The notes under the pieces were generated by a model that did not search any database, was not told where the DNA came from, and was given only the letters and a program-made list of their open reading frames with translations. Of a stretch of 64,000 bases of DNA, positions 61,790 through 64,000 are shown piece by piece. The position numbers were made by a program, and so were the translations under genes. Position 1 is the first letter of the stretch. The number at the start of each line of letters is the position of its first letter. Origin of the DNA: Octopus sinensis (Eukaryota); NCBI RefSeq assembly GCF_006345805.1, contig NC_042999.1, forward strand, positions 90,086,001 to 90,150,000. Direction: 5' to 3'.

Positions 61790-64000
61790 ATATCAGATAA
61801 ATAGATGGAGTCAATAAGCCAGAGGGCTGCATTGAAGTTCAACGTTTGCTTTGGCATGATTTTTATGTCTGGATGACCTTTTTAATGCTAACCACTTTAG
61901 AGAGTGTTTTTTCATGGCACCAGCACTTGTGAAGTCATCATTTAACTCACAAGACAAGTCACCTTGATTGAGTGGGATGTGGTATTGAGGGAGATGGCTT
62001 TATGCTAGGTATTGATAAGCTAAAGTATGATAGATGGTAAGGAGAGTAGGAACATGTGTCTTGCTGCAAAAGAGATGTCTGGCTATTCCAGCTAGAAAGT
62101 GAGAAAAGATGGTGGTGATAAGGTGTTAAGGCATACCCTCAAAATGCAAGAAGAAGAATATAAGAGAGTGAAAATGGAACAAAGGATTAGGAAGCATGTG
62201 AAAGGGGAGTGGCAAATGGTTAGAGATGGAGAAGAGGTGAATTCAGTGAGCAGTGGGCACAGGTGAGAGCATGGTCATTGGTGAATACCATTTGTGAGGT
62301 GGAAAGATGAGAGAAATAGGAGTGGGTCAGAGTGGAGAAGGTGATATGTAGTAGTAAGAAAAAAGGTTGGAGAGCAGCAGTATAATAAAACCATTTGTAG
62401 ATGAGAAATAGGGAGATGATATGAAGTGTGAGGGGTTGGGATGAAAGAAGGATGTAGAATGATAGAGGCAGAGGTCAGTGGCACATAGGGGTGTATACAG
62501 TGAGCAACAAATAAAAGTGGAGTGAAATATGTTAGAACCAGATATGGGAGGATGTTCAGGGGAAAGGGACAGTGAGTGGAAAATAAATGGGTAAGAAATG
62601 ATATTGAGACTGCAGGATGAGTGACAAAAGAAAGTAGTTCCAAGGAGAGGAATAAATGGTAGCACAAAAGTGGGATGAGATATGTGCAGTTCTGCTCTCA
62701 TATTATTACAGTTGCTGGGTGCTGTAGTAAGAAGAGCGATAGAGGATTGAGTGTTAGTATGATGAGTTGTAGTGAAAAGTTGGCAGGGACAGATTGGGTG
62801 CAGAAATGGATGGATCTTCTCAACCATAGTAAATCATCATTCATCTTGATCATTTGTTATCTCCTCAATGAAGTTCAGAATCCTGAGGTTGGTCTTCGCT
62901 GTTTGTCTTCTTGGGTCTCCCTCTTCACAGGGTCCATCCATATTTAGCTATTGGCACTTCTTTATGTAGTGGTTCTCATCCATATGCATCACATGGTCAT
63001 ACCAGTACTGATTTCTCTCTTGCACATTATATCTTGTTCCTTTTACACATAATTTTTTCTCTTGATACATTTTTACTTTGTTGTACATGCACACTGATCT
63101 TACACATCCAGCAGAACATGCTAGCTTTATTTCTTACTTTAGTCTTTGAAAGTCTTCTATATCATATCCATGGCCTGTGTTTCACCACCATGTAACATTA
63201 CTTAGTACACAGACATCATACAATCAGCCTTTCTGTCTATTTGTTACAAACAGAGAAAACAGCTCTCTGAACTTTCCCCAGCTGGTTTTATTCTAGCAAA
63301 TACACTTGTAGAACATCGTCCACCTTAGCTAATTAGGCCATCTCCACTAGCAGAAACTATTTAGTGTCTCTAAGGATCCTCCTAGGCATTCCAGAAAATT
63401 CCATGCATTCTTATTGTTTATTGCTCCTGTGCATTTGCCACAAACAAAGTTTACTTTCTCTATCAACCTTCCTGCAATTCCACTGCACTTTTTACATGTC
63501 CATAGTTTGCACTGGGTACACCATATGGGATTTCTACCTACATATTTTCTACATAAAAAATAGATATGTCTTTTTTCCTGCTTACTAGAATTTTGGTTTT
63601 TGCTAAGTTAACTTGTTGGTGTTGCTTCTACATCTGGAATTTCTTTTCTAATGTTACTACAGATTCTACAGATTAAGCAATGAGAACAAAGACATCAGCA
63701 TAGAGGTGTCCCCACAACAACTGGTCTTAAACTACTTTGTTATGGCTGGGACGACTATGATAAATAAGAAGAATATGAAGGGGCTGAGAACTGAACCTTG
63801 TGAACCTCTACCTGTACACTAATTTGTTGTTGCATTCATTGCTAATTCTCACCTTACTGATAGTACCCTTGTACATCACTTGAATGGCTTTCACCTGCTA
63901 TTCAAATGTAGCTTCTGCAAGGACCACCTGATCAGGAAGCAAGGGACTCTGACTAAAACTTCCTCAAGGTTGACAAATGCCATAAATACTTTTGAAGTTG
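61790..64000 (-). mobile_element. RTE LINE running off the window: RT/C-terminus (62830-64000), pyrimidine-rich UTR (61960-62760 on the element strand), tail (~61790-61930)
   Basis: Minus strand gives YADV-like RT motif, VNLAKTK and GRPKKT; degenerate. Confidence 0.8.

Overview
AT-rich, microsatellite-rich, intron-containing animal DNA. The repeat content (tRNA/CORE-type SINEs, RTE LINEs with (GAT)n tails, mariner/Tc1/maT remnants) suggests an octopus genome; this is an inference. Two host genes are supported. (1) A six-exon plus-strand C2H2 zinc-finger gene (CDS ~3199-16792, ~1549 aa, 10 C-terminal fingers, all splice phases consistent). (2) The 44-nt first coding exon (39346-39389, MTSLLKNQILKHLS-R/S) of a BLTP3/UHRF1BP1-like lipid-transfer gene; I found no exon 2 in the remaining ~24.6 kb. 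Most other sequence is transposon-derived, including a nearly intact 1294-bp DD34D mariner. The most notable signal is a set of minimal type I hammerhead ribozyme motifs of the Penelope-associated, palindromic-stem-III kind, from three sequence families. One has a fully intact core (40240-40325, minus strand). Two families form adjacent fold-back pairs at 21939-22925, and one of these carries a tRNA-like Pol III head, i.e. a candidate hammerhead-bearing SINE. Also noted: a young modular tandem retro-element (17686-19247) and a pre-miRNA-like hairpin (54249-54324). All alignments and folds were done by eye; repeat boundaries are approximate unless TSDs or TIRs are quoted.
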